In this document: positions 9,557-17,425 of the stretch, piece by piece
Layout of the letters: each line of letters begins with the position of its first letter
Numbering within the stretch: the stretch's first letter is position 1
Source: a virus
Lineage: Duplodnaviria; Heunggongvirae; Uroviricota; Caudoviricetes
Direction: 5' to 3' (one strand)
Length of the DNA: 64,000 nucleotides
IMG/VR virus record: IMGVR_UViG_2684623189_000005
The notes under the pieces: model-generated
What the model saw: only the letters and a program-made list of their open reading frames with translations
The model's database searches: none
What the model was told of the DNA's origin: nothing
Translations under genes and position numbers: made by a program

Positions 9557-11151
9557 CAGAATCCCTCCAGCATACGGGCCGCCTGACGACGACGGCGTGA
9601 GCTTGCCTTCACCGGCCCTTTGTTAATTTCACGGCTGGCGAAATACGCCAGCGCCAGTGCGATGGCTGAATCCCCGTGGCGTTTACCACCGTCAGCCTTT
9701 GCTTTTGAGCGTTGCTCCGGTACGCGGGGGACACCGTTCACCACCTGAACGGCCCGCAGGTCATCCAGTGTGTCTTCATCCTTTGGTAAGTCCACCAGGT
9801 TACCGTCTTCCAGTGCAGCTTTGACCGGAGGCATATGCTCCCGGTACCAGCCTTCGGTTGGCATCACCTGCTGAACCCGGCTGGAGCCGTAGCGCTGCAT
9901 GGCGTATTCAGCCAGATAGGCACCATTACCACGGGCATCAAACGCTGCACCCAGCAGACCGGGCAGGCCATCCATCAGATACCAGGTGATTTGCTCCTGC
10001 TGTCTGAACGGCACGTTACGCAGCTCCAGTACGAATGGCACGCGTCGTACCAGGTTCTTCTCCTGCAGCAGGGGATAGTCCACCGACAAATCACCGCTAC
10101 GGCCAAAGTCGCGCCCCAGGAAAGAGCGGGCATCAGTGGGGAGTGCCTCCAGCAAGGGTTTCAGATACTCATCAAGCCAGTCCTGCGTCTCGCGGAAGCG
10201 AACCTCATCAGACAGCAGTTCATAACCTTCCTTGCAGGTCAGACGCAATACCGGCGTATCAGCGGACATGCGGGACTCTATCAGGGCACGGGACAGCCAG
10301 GCACCGCCACCGTTGGCCGGAATACAGTCAAGCTCTTCGGATGCGCCGGCACCGTAGAATTTGTACACCGATGCCATCCAGGCTTGCTCGGATGCCTCCG
10401 ACCATTCCTTCCCGGTGCGCAGACAGACGCGCCGGAACAGCCCCTCAGATACGGCTTCCCGGAAAGTGATGCGATGTATGCTGCCTCCCTGACGTCCGGC
10501 ACGGATATCCCCGATAAGCGTATTGAACGGATTGTCGTCACCGTCATGGGTGGAGATAACGCGTACCTTTCCCCCCCAGATAAGCATCGCCAGCGCCGCT
10601 TTCAGCAGTTCGTCCAGTTGCTCATGGAACGCCGCTTCGTCGATAACAATAATACCCTGACGGCCACGCAGGTTAGACGGGCGGCTGGAGAGCGCAACAA
10701 TACGAAAGCCGGAGTCAGGAAATTTGATGGTGTAAGTCTTGATGTGTTTGTCGTCGTCGTCCTCTTCCCAGAATCCTTCTTCAATTTCACTGGCCGCATA
10801 GTTGAATGCCCGTGCCCACATCGCACACGCCTGAATGTATTCGACGGTCATGTCCTGGTTATAAGCGATGTAATACACATTCATCCCGCCTGCTGGCGCA
10901 GAAGAGGCGGCGGTCAGTACGTTATCGGATGCCTCAGCCCATGTAATACCGGTACGACGGCTCTTTTCTATCACCTTAAGCGGAGAGGTGTCTGCCACCC
11001 AGCGCTGCTGGTAAGGCAACAGAACGGGAGGGGCATCCAGCGCCGAGGTATCAGGCAAAACGGGAGCAAGGTTATTCCTCCCGTCCATGGGACTCATCCC
11101 TTCGGGGCCGCCGCCAGCGGCGTTTAAAATCACTCCGGATGATTTTGTCAT
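9556..11151 (-). CDS. terminase large subunit (Mu gp28-like)
   Basis: 531 aa; start overlaps stop of the upstream small-subunit-like gene. Confidence 0.7.
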   Translation of the reverse strand: MTKSSGVILNAAGGGPEGMSPMDGRNNLAPVLPDTSALDAPPVLLPYQQRWVADTSPLKVIEKSRRTGITWAEASDNVLTAASSAPAGGMNVYYIAYNQDMTVEYIQACAMWARAFNYAASEIEEGFWEEDDDDKHIKTYTIKFPDSGFRIVALSSRPSNLRGRQGIIVIDEAAFHEQLDELLKAALAMLIWGGKVRVISTHDGDDNPFNTLIGDIRAGRQGGSIHRITFREAVSEGLFRRVCLRTGKEWSEASEQAWMASVYKFYGAGASEELDCIPANGGGAWLSRALIESRMSADTPVLRLTCKEGYELLSDEVRFRETQDWLDEYLKPLLEALPTDARSFLGRDFGRSGDLSVDYPLLQEKNLVRRVPFVLELRNVPFRQQEQITWYLMDGLPGLLGAAFDARGNGAYLAEYAMQRYGSSRVQQVMPTEGWYREHMPPVKAALEDGNLVDLPKDEDTLDDLRAVQVVNGVPRVPEQRSKAKADGGKRHGDSAIALALAYFASREINKGPVKASSRRRRQAARMLEGF

Positions 11152-11693
11152 GTGGCAATCCCCAGAATCTCGCGACGAAGCGCCTGTACTGCGTCGCTTG
11201 ACAGTCCCCCCTTACGGGCAATTTTCTCGGCGTTGCTGGCTGCCTGCTGCGCTCTGGCCCGTACTTCAGACTGGAACTTTTTGAGGTTGACGGACGCGCG
11301 GGACAGCGTAGCCACATTCTTCGCCACCTTCGACAGCAGGGCCACGCGTTCTTTAGGATCGACTTCGCCTTCTTCCGCCTCCTGCAACTGGACAATACTC
11401 TCGAACAGCTCGGTCTGAATAAGGGCTATCACAGCCTCCGAACGCGCATCCTGATCGTCTGCTGCGCCTTCGGTCAGCATGCGGGCCGCTTCTGTTGCCG
11501 CACGGATAGCACCATAGCGGCGCTCAATCTTCTGTCCATAGCGATGGATAGCGGATTTGCTGATGACGTACCCCCGCTCACGCAGCAGGGACTCCAGCTC
11601 GTTATACCCGCTGAAGCCGGATTCAGTCAGCGCCCGTTCAAGCCAGCGGCGCACGTCTTCCGGCAGCTTTTCTATTGTGCTGCGTCTGGCCAT
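11148..11693 (-). CDS. terminase small subunit-like protein (Mu gp27-like, DUF3486)
   Basis: 181 aa, basic N-terminus and coiled-coil C-terminus; immediately upstream of the large terminase. Confidence 0.55.
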   Translation of the reverse strand: MARRSTIEKLPEDVRRWLERALTESGFSGYNELESLLRERGYVISKSAIHRYGQKIERRYGAIRAATEAARMLTEGAADDQDARSEAVIALIQTELFESIVQLQEAEEGEVDPKERVALLSKVAKNVATLSRASVNLKKFQSEVRARAQQAASNAEKIARKGGLSSDAVQALRREILGIAT

Positions 11694-12004
11694 TATTCAC
11701 TCCAGTACTTTTCCGGGCGGGCAATACCCGGACCACATTCCACGGTGTATTCCACCAGGTCTACGCCGAGGCGGGTCAGGTCAGCAAACCAGTCGCCAGA
11801 AGGTTTTTTCTCCAGATCAACCATTTTACGGTCAGCCAGATAATCCAGTTCGCGGCGCAGTTCCAGCGGTGTGGTGTCCGGGTAGATGGCACGGGACACA
11901 TCCAGCAGCAGCGTCTCGCTGGCGGTGTAAGGGCGGGTCTTGTTCAGGGCAACCAGCAGACTCCAGCGCAGGGATTCGCGGCGTACCCGGGTAATATCGA
12001 CCAT
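11693..12004 (-). CDS. hypothetical phage protein (Mu gp26 position)
   Basis: 103-aa ORF translationally coupled to neighbours. Confidence 0.4.
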   Translation of the reverse strand: MVDITRVRRESLRWSLLVALNKTRPYTASETLLLDVSRAIYPDTTPLELRRELDYLADRKMVDLEKKPSGDWFADLTRLGVDLVEYTVECGPGIARPEKYWSE

Positions 12005-12330
12005 TATTGACCTCCGGTATTGCGGTACTGCTGTACCACTTCCAGTTTGTTATAAAGCGCGTCCAGTTTGGCCTCAATGACTGTCTGGCCACGGATATAA
12101 TCCTCTCGACGGACATAATTCAGCGGTAAATCCGCTTTAAATCGCATAAATTCTTTTTCCAGCTCGCCCCAGTTGGAGGCGGATTGTTGCAGGGCCTGTT
12201 CAAGGGAGGCGAATCGTGCCGCCTGGCGTTCTTCTGTTTTACTGAACAACCATTTGGCGAGCCCTCCCACAAACCCCATGAAGGTGAGCAGAAAACTCAC
12301 CACCGTCCAGAATTCAACCTGCAGTGTCAT
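12004..12330 (-). CDS. small membrane protein (Mu gp25 position)
   Basis: 108 aa with N-terminal TM segment FWTVVSFLLTFMGFVGGLAKWLF. Confidence 0.45.
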   Translation of the reverse strand: MTLQVEFWTVVSFLLTFMGFVGGLAKWLFSKTEERQAARFASLEQALQQSASNWGELEKEFMRFKADLPLNYVRREDYIRGQTVIEAKLDALYNKLEVVQQYRNTGGQ

Positions 12331-12977
12331 TTCTGTAATCCTTCCCGTTCATCCAGTAACGCGTTTATCTGGTTCCGCCAGCGACGACATTGTCCTGCGT
12401 TGTCGATGATGTTGGCGAGAACGTCACGCTGGGAGACACCCGAATCGCGTAACCGGGTGTCAGTGGTTTCAGGTTGCCCGGTCGCTGTGCCAGAGCGGGT
12501 GCCAGCGGCGGCAACTGAGTCTGAATGACCGGTGTCGACGGATGCGTTGTCATATCCGAGTGCGGCGTTGTACTGGCGCACGAAACCGCGAGTAAACACG
12601 CACTCAATGGGATGGCTCTTACCTTTTTCATCAATCCAGCGCTGTGTGACATCGTTAATTTGCCCCTGTAGTTGTTTATTCCGGCTCTCCAGTTGAGCAA
12701 TCTGCTCAAGATAACCGGCTTCAGCCCGCTGCCCGGCGGCCACCTGCTCCTGATACCGTCTGGCCCAGGCCCGCAGCGCAGCATTCTCAAGCGTTGCCTG
12801 CTCCGTTTTGTACGCGTCAAATGCTGACTGCAACTGACTGAGCGCGGTATCACCGTCACGCTTTGCAGAGTCATGACCACTTCTGTATCCCATGGCATAC
12901 AGGCCGACCAGAAAGGCATTGATAAGAATGGCCAGCAGAATGCCGCGCCACGGCAGCTTTTTAATCAGATGCCACAC
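12327..12977 (-). CDS. i-spanin (Rz-like inner-membrane spanin subunit)
   Basis: GTG at 12975-12977 preceded by GGGGAGG; N-terminal TM ILLAILINAFLVGLYAMGY then coiled-coil-like periplasmic domain; directly after the endolysin. Confidence 0.55.
   Translation of the reverse strand: MWHLIKKLPWRGILLAILINAFLVGLYAMGYRSGHDSAKRDGDTALSQLQSAFDAYKTEQATLENAALRAWARRYQEQVAAGQRAEAGYLEQIAQLESRNKQLQGQINDVTQRWIDEKGKSHPIECVFTRGFVRQYNAALGYDNASVDTGHSDSVAAAGTRSGTATGQPETTDTRLRDSGVSQRDVLANIIDNAGQCRRWRNQINALLDEREGLQK
12365..12631 (-). CDS. o-spanin (Rz1-like outer-membrane lipoprotein) embedded in the i-spanin gene in another frame
   Basis: ATG at 12629-12631; MKKVRAIPLSACLLAVSCAS... is a lipoprotein-type signal with Cys, followed by a Pro/Ser/Thr-rich sequence. 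Confidence 0.5.
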   Translation of the reverse strand: MKKVRAIPLSACLLAVSCASTTPHSDMTTHPSTPVIQTQLPPLAPALAQRPGNLKPLTPGYAIRVSPSVTFSPTSSTTQDNVVAGGTR

Positions 12978-13701
12978 AACTGCTGCCTCCCCATGTGAGA
13001 TATCGCGGTGCCAGTTCGCGCAGGATGCGCTGCGGATAATGGCGGTTCTCCCGCCAGCTGGCCGCATTGCGTCCGGCATTCACCGTGGCGACATGTCCGA
13101 ACCAGCGGGTGCTGTCCAGACCTTTCTGTGATGCAAGCCGCCTGTCCCGTTGTACCCAGCCCAGACCACCGTTATAGCCCGACAGTGTCATGGCCATACG
13201 CTCGCAGTCACTGGCGGCGCTGACACGCTGCCACAGCCAGCGGTCATAGCTGACCAGCGCCCGGATAGCCCATGCCGGATTAAACGGCTCACGACTGCTC
13301 TGCATCGGTATCAACTGGCTTATCCAGTCGGCAGTGGCAGGCATGAACTGCGCCAGTCCCTGAGCGCCAGCCGGCGAGATCGCATCAGGTCGCCAGCCGC
13401 TTTCCTGATGCAGTTGCGCGGCGAAATCGGCCACCGGCGCAGACAGTCCCCATTCAAGCCGGGCATTACGGATCACATCATCGCGATACTGCAGCGCAGC
13501 CTGCGGAGGTTGTGCTGCGCATGCCTGGCTGAAAAAGCCGCCACACCAGAGCAACATTGCGACAAAGAATACCCATGCCATATGAACCAGAAAGGTCCCG
13601 GCGCGGACTGACAGGCGTTCGGTTCTGATGAAGACCCGAAAGGCTTCGAAAGCCAGTTTCAGGGACATGCATACAATCCAGGTGATCTGCGGCCAGTTCA
13701 T
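12961..13701 (-). CDS. endolysin, lytic transglycosylase (SLT domain) with hydrophobic N-terminal signal/anchor
   Basis: Contains ...ESGWRPDAISPAGAQGLAQFMPATA..., an SLT-type catalytic region; N-terminus has hydrophobic stretches, so the start could be an internal Met. Confidence 0.7.
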   Translation of the reverse strand: MNWPQITWIVCMSLKLAFEAFRVFIRTERLSVRAGTFLVHMAWVFFVAMLLWCGGFFSQACAAQPPQAALQYRDDVIRNARLEWGLSAPVADFAAQLHQESGWRPDAISPAGAQGLAQFMPATADWISQLIPMQSSREPFNPAWAIRALVSYDRWLWQRVSAASDCERMAMTLSGYNGGLGWVQRDRRLASQKGLDSTRWFGHVATVNAGRNAASWRENRHYPQRILRELAPRYLTWGGSSCVASD

Positions 13702-13703
13702 GA

Positions 13704-14054
13704 TTAAAGCCCCATCGCAACAGCCAGGCAGACCGCTGCAACAATCAGTGCACGGCGGATTAACGCAGCAGAAAACACCAGGTGAAGGCCGGTCTGTACC
13801 GGGAAACGCCCTTCAGCCATCAGCCTGTCGTCATGTTTCAGGTACTGACCGGGACGGGCTTTGGGGAAGAGCGAACGGTCAAGCCAGTAACCCAGCACTG
13901 CTGCCAGCGTGATGAGTGCCAGCTTGTAGATCACAACAGGCAGCTGCTGTGGTGAGACCAGAGCGATGGTGCCCAGCAACAGCACTGAGGTCAGCAGCCA
14001 GCCGCTGAGGCGAGGTTTTTTAACAGGGGGAATGAATTTTTTCAGGTTTTTCAT
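13704..14054 (-). CDS. putative holin-like membrane protein (3 predicted TM segments)
   Basis: ATG at 14052-14054 preceded by GAGGAG; MKNLKKF... with three hydrophobic segments; first gene of the lysis cluster. Confidence 0.45.
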   Translation of the reverse strand: MKNLKKFIPPVKKPRLSGWLLTSVLLLGTIALVSPQQLPVVIYKLALITLAAVLGYWLDRSLFPKARPGQYLKHDDRLMAEGRFPVQTGLHLVFSAALIRRALIVAAVCLAVAMGL

Positions 14055-14184
14055 GTGTGTCTCCTCGTTTGGTGGAGACAGCATCACAAATACAGGGCGC
14101 AAAGGATTTTAAAGCGCGTTAAGAGAGCCGGGGATACGGGATGTGCAGGATAAACGATGAATTATTCACAGAGGAGAATACGAT

Positions 14185-14661
14185 ATGACGCACACACTGA
14201 ATCCGGTCATCACTGTCACTGTGTCCGGTCCTGTGGGCAGCGGTAAAAGTTACGTACTGGCGCGGATAGAAGAGATGGTGAAACAGGAACTCGGAAACAG
14301 CGTCATTGTCGATGCTGCTGACGTGGAGAATGAGCGCCGTATGAATGGCGAAGATCTGACGACCTGGCAGAAGCCACGGGGTGGCACAGTGATCAGGCTA
14401 GAGGAATACACGGGACAGGGCCTGTTGTCATACGGCGAGGAGCGTATCTGTCGGACGAATGAGCTGCTGGATGTTATATGCCCCACGGGCCGGCAACCCT
14501 GGATACTGCCCGATGCACTGCATGCCACCATTGCGGCACTGATGACAGTTTACGATCAGGAGCTGCTCATGAAGGAGTTACGTAAACTCACCGGTCAGCC
14601 AACAGAATGTTGTTCGTCTCCGAAGTACGGCAAACAGGAAAACGCCCCGGATAATCCTTAA
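14185..14661 (+). CDS. hypothetical P-loop protein (Walker A GPVGSGKS; possible small nucleotide kinase/NTPase)
   Basis: 158 aa, strong SD GAGGAG before ATG; Walker A motif near N-terminus; transcribed divergently from the late operon; no named family recognised. Confidence 0.5.
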   Translation: MTHTLNPVITVTVSGPVGSGKSYVLARIEEMVKQELGNSVIVDAADVENERRMNGEDLTTWQKPRGGTVIRLEEYTGQGLLSYGEERICRTNELLDVICPTGRQPWILPDALHATIAALMTVYDQELLMKELRKLTGQPTECCSSPKYGKQENAPDNP

Positions 14662-14680
14662 GATACCTCCTGAACAGAAA

Positions 14681-14696
14681 CAGCCCTGAAGGGCTG
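14681..14696. terminator. bidirectional stem-loop terminator between convergent genes
   Basis: CAGCCCTGAAGGGCTG hairpin lies between the stops at 14659-14661 (plus) and 14699-14701 (minus), with A/T runs on both sides. Confidence 0.5.
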
Positions 14697-14698
14697 CA

Positions 14699-15286
14699 CT
14701 AAAAAAAGAAGTGTATTATTGCCCAAACAGCTATAACGATGATTCCCAGCCCAAGAGCCGATTCTAACTTATCTTTGGCAGTCATTTTTACTGTTGTAGC
14801 GGGCGCAGGTAAGTCTTGCTGCTGTGGATTTTCTGTTAGTTGTTTACGAGAAGAAACATCGCCCCTATTAGTTTGCTTCATGTTGATTACAGATGCGTTA
14901 TGGGCATTATCAGCAGCAATTGACTGAAGTTTTACAAAAGTTTTTGAATCTGTTTTAGCCAGAAGTAACCTATTTCCCGTAAACATTGCCTTAAAAGTGA
15001 TAGTTTTTTTCGTCTTGTCCGCCGCACCAAGCAAACCTCCAATGACCAACCCTGCACCACCAAAGATTAATCCACCAAGCAAACCTGCGCCTGCCGCCTT
15101 ACCTATACGGCTTTCCTCTTCACTATCCGCAAGTTCAATCGATAAAAGCTCTTCTTTCAGATTTAATACAATATTTTCAGGAAAGCCTTGTTTTGGTTTT
15201 TTGGCAAACACGATGGTACCGAACCCCATGCTTGCCCACCCTTTAGGAAAACTTCCTGCGATAACCTGAATCCCTGCCATGTTCAT
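14699..15286 (-). CDS. glycine-zipper membrane protein of unknown function
   Basis: About 195 aa; central GAGLLGGLIFGGAGLVIGGLLGAA motif and C-terminal TM LGLGIIVIAVWAIIHFFF; start ambiguous among GTG 15289, ATG 15286 and ATG 15280. Confidence 0.5.
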   Translation of the reverse strand: MNMAGIQVIAGSFPKGWASMGFGTIVFAKKPKQGFPENIVLNLKEELLSIELADSEEESRIGKAAGAGLLGGLIFGGAGLVIGGLLGAADKTKKTITFKAMFTGNRLLLAKTDSKTFVKLQSIAADNAHNASVINMKQTNRGDVSSRKQLTENPQQQDLPAPATTVKMTAKDKLESALGLGIIVIAVWAIIHFFF

Positions 15287-15370
15287 CACCTTTTACATTA
15301 AAATTTCAGAACGCAGCATGATGCCGCCTTTGTCTTTTTTCTGATCCCATGGTAATTCAGCTGTTATTTT

Positions 15371-16357
15371 CTATTTAAGAATAAAACGGTATTTACTGTC
15401 AGGAGTGCTTTGCTGATCAAGTAGCAGTGAACGACATGGAGCAGTCAAAACCCGAGCATAACTACCATCAGGGCTTATGTTAATGTAACAAACCTTGCCC
15501 TTAACACTATAATTTTCGGGGACGGATGCCTTTGCTGATACAGTAAATTTAAGGGTATGCCAGCCCGTTTTTTGCTTGTAGCTTGAAACCGAATGGAAAT
15601 CATCTGAGTACTTATTTAACCCTAGAAACATGCTGCGCAGTGCGGGGATGGAATCTTCTATTATTTTATCGTTGGTTTTAATGTTAAAAACGCTGGTTTC
15701 AGTAGAAGCTACTGCTTTGGCATTTCCCCATTTACCAGCGAACACAATCATTCCCACGAAAAATATTGCTACAAGAACTAACACTCCCCCCAACACTACT
15801 ACATGAGGCTTCCGGCTTCTGGTTGGTACAGTTGCGACTGATTTTGCACCGCTTTCCGATGGAGGTGATAGAGTTTTACTCTCATCACGAATATTCAGCA
15901 GATCATCAAAATAACCAAACACAGCCTGCAACTGCTCTTTGTCTAGGCCTTTAAGATGGGTTGTACCGAAATGCTTCAGACAGTATCTGTCACGGTCAAG
16001 ACGATACCCAGGGTCAGTAAGCGCCATTATTTTGCTGACCAGAAGATTACAGTCCTTCATATTCTGGATCTGTTGTGCATATCTCTGAAGGATCTCAACC
16101 GCACCATGATAATCAGCCGCAGTCATTTCATTAACTGTTTTGGTATTAAGTTTCGTGTGGATCGTCATCCATAGCTCGCGCTTACTTTCCCCCAGATCAA
16201 CCAATTCATCCATCAATCTGTGTAAATCGCGTTTTTGCAGCAACGAAATTGGTTGCTGGGCCGAAGGAAGTATGTCAGCAGAATAGTTATGAATGGTAAC
16301 ATCACCGCTGACAACGTTACCCACATCCCCGTTAACTGTTTGCTTCTCTTTACTCAT
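15371..16357 (-). CDS. bitopic membrane protein of unknown function, translationally coupled to the repressor
   Basis: 328 aa; ATG overlaps the repressor stop (ATGA); single TM VVVLGGVLVLVAIFFVGMIVFAG separates a 170-aa N-domain from a 110-aa C-domain. Confidence 0.6.
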   Translation of the reverse strand: MSKEKQTVNGDVGNVVSGDVTIHNYSADILPSAQQPISLLQKRDLHRLMDELVDLGESKRELWMTIHTKLNTKTVNEMTAADYHGAVEILQRYAQQIQNMKDCNLLVSKIMALTDPGYRLDRDRYCLKHFGTTHLKGLDKEQLQAVFGYFDDLLNIRDESKTLSPPSESGAKSVATVPTRSRKPHVVVLGGVLVLVAIFFVGMIVFAGKWGNAKAVASTETSVFNIKTNDKIIEDSIPALRSMFLGLNKYSDDFHSVSSYKQKTGWHTLKFTVSAKASVPENYSVKGKVCYINISPDGSYARVLTAPCRSLLLDQQSTPDSKYRFILK

Positions 16358-16815
16358 CTTCTCTTGGTATTTTTGTTCATTATTCCACCTGTTCCTATGG
16401 TTACGTTACCTTTGATAACATTCCCCAGAACATCTCCATGAATAACCTGTTCCGCCCGTTCTCTGGAGGAGCCAGTAGTCAAGGCCGACAAAACTGAACC
16501 TTTGACCTGTAATGGTGCCTGCCGGTAGTGCTGCAGTAACTCCATTTCATCACGTGATAAAGTTATACCTGATGACTCCCCGGTAAGAATGAACTGTACA
16601 TTGGCCCCAATTCTTGCAAAGGCTGCAAGTAACTCACCTCCGGGAACAGCAACCCCTCGTTCATATTTCCCCCACATTTCTCTTGAAACGCCACAAAGGG
16701 CTGCTACTTCAGCCTGCTTGAGTGATAACCGCGAACGCTCAGCTTTGAACCGCGACGCGCAAAGAGAATCAAAATTCACATAAACCTCATTGACAATGAG
16801 AACAATAGTTCTCAT
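16354..16815 (-). CDS. phage repressor, XRE-family HTH
   Basis: 153 aa with HTH segment LKQAEVAALCGVSREMWGKYERG; divergent from the early operon; apparently leaderless ATG. Confidence 0.65.
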   Translation of the reverse strand: MRTIVLIVNEVYVNFDSLCASRFKAERSRLSLKQAEVAALCGVSREMWGKYERGVAVPGGELLAAFARIGANVQFILTGESSGITLSRDEMELLQHYRQAPLQVKGSVLSALTTGSSRERAEQVIHGDVLGNVIKGNVTIGTGGIMNKNTKRR

Positions 16816-16865
16816 AATCTATCACATATAAAACAAACATCATTGCATCAACAAAGGAGACAACA
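16816..16865. promoter_or_regulatory. divergent early promoter/operator region (repressor versus Ner-like gene)
   Basis: 50-bp AT-rich spacer between divergent starts; operator sites not defined. Confidence 0.4.
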
Positions 16866-17054
16866 ATGACTTCCGAACAAGTTAAAAATCTCTTCCGTCA
16901 GCGTGGTATCACGTTTACCCGCTGGGCCGAAGAACACGGCTACAGCCGCAATGAGGTCTATCGTGTTCTCAATGGACAGACCAAAGCTCGTTACGGCAAA
17001 GCCCATGAAATTGCCGTAAAACTGGGATTAAAACCCACGTCAAATGCGGCATAA
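16866..17054 (+). CDS. Ner/Cro-like small DNA-binding protein
   Basis: 62-aa first gene of the early operon opposite the repressor; HTH-like segment GYSRNEVYRVLNG. Confidence 0.5.
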   Translation: MTSEQVKNLFRQRGITFTRWAEEHGYSRNEVYRVLNGQTKARYGKAHEIAVKLGLKPTSNAA

Positions 17055-17106
17055 ATTTTCCACATATGCAACAGGTTATCACATATTGCAAAAATGGAAA
17101 TGTGAC

Positions 17107-17415
17107 ATGAGTAAAGTAAATATTTCCAGTTCTGGGACCCGCATCCTACGTGTACTCAAAGCTCTACGCGGTCATGCTCTGAACGGTGTTTCTAACGGTG
17201 AACTGGCATCAGCCCTGGGGGAGTCCCCAGCGAATATCAATCGAGCACTTAATACCCTTATTGAAGAGGGACTGGCCATGAAATTAGAGAACGGACGTTT
17301 CGCACCGGGAATCCAGTTACTACAGATCGCCATGGCTCACAGTCACGAGATGGCGCGTGCACAGGATCGTATTAACGAAATCAACCAACGAGTTATTTCA
17401 GGTAGTCGTTTGTAA
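17107..17415 (+). CDS. winged-helix DNA-binding protein (hypothetical)
   Basis: Internal ATG of track ORF 17044-17415; MSKVNISSSGTRILRVLKALRGHALNGVSNGELASALG... looks like a wHTH. Confidence 0.4.
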   Translation: MSKVNISSSGTRILRVLKALRGHALNGVSNGELASALGESPANINRALNTLIEEGLAMKLENGRFAPGIQLLQIAMAHSHEMARAQDRINEINQRVISGSRL

Positions 17416-17425
17416 GGAGTAATCA

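Noticed and set aside
9835-11127. 430-aa plus-strand ORF
   Set aside because: Antisense to the Mu-like terminase large subunit; composition looks non-protein-like.
12327-13079. Long 250-aa form of the i-spanin ORF
   Set aside because: The N-terminal 34 codons overlap the endolysin C-terminus with no SD; a GTG at 12975-12977 with a GGGGAGG SD gives a sensible N-terminal TM start.
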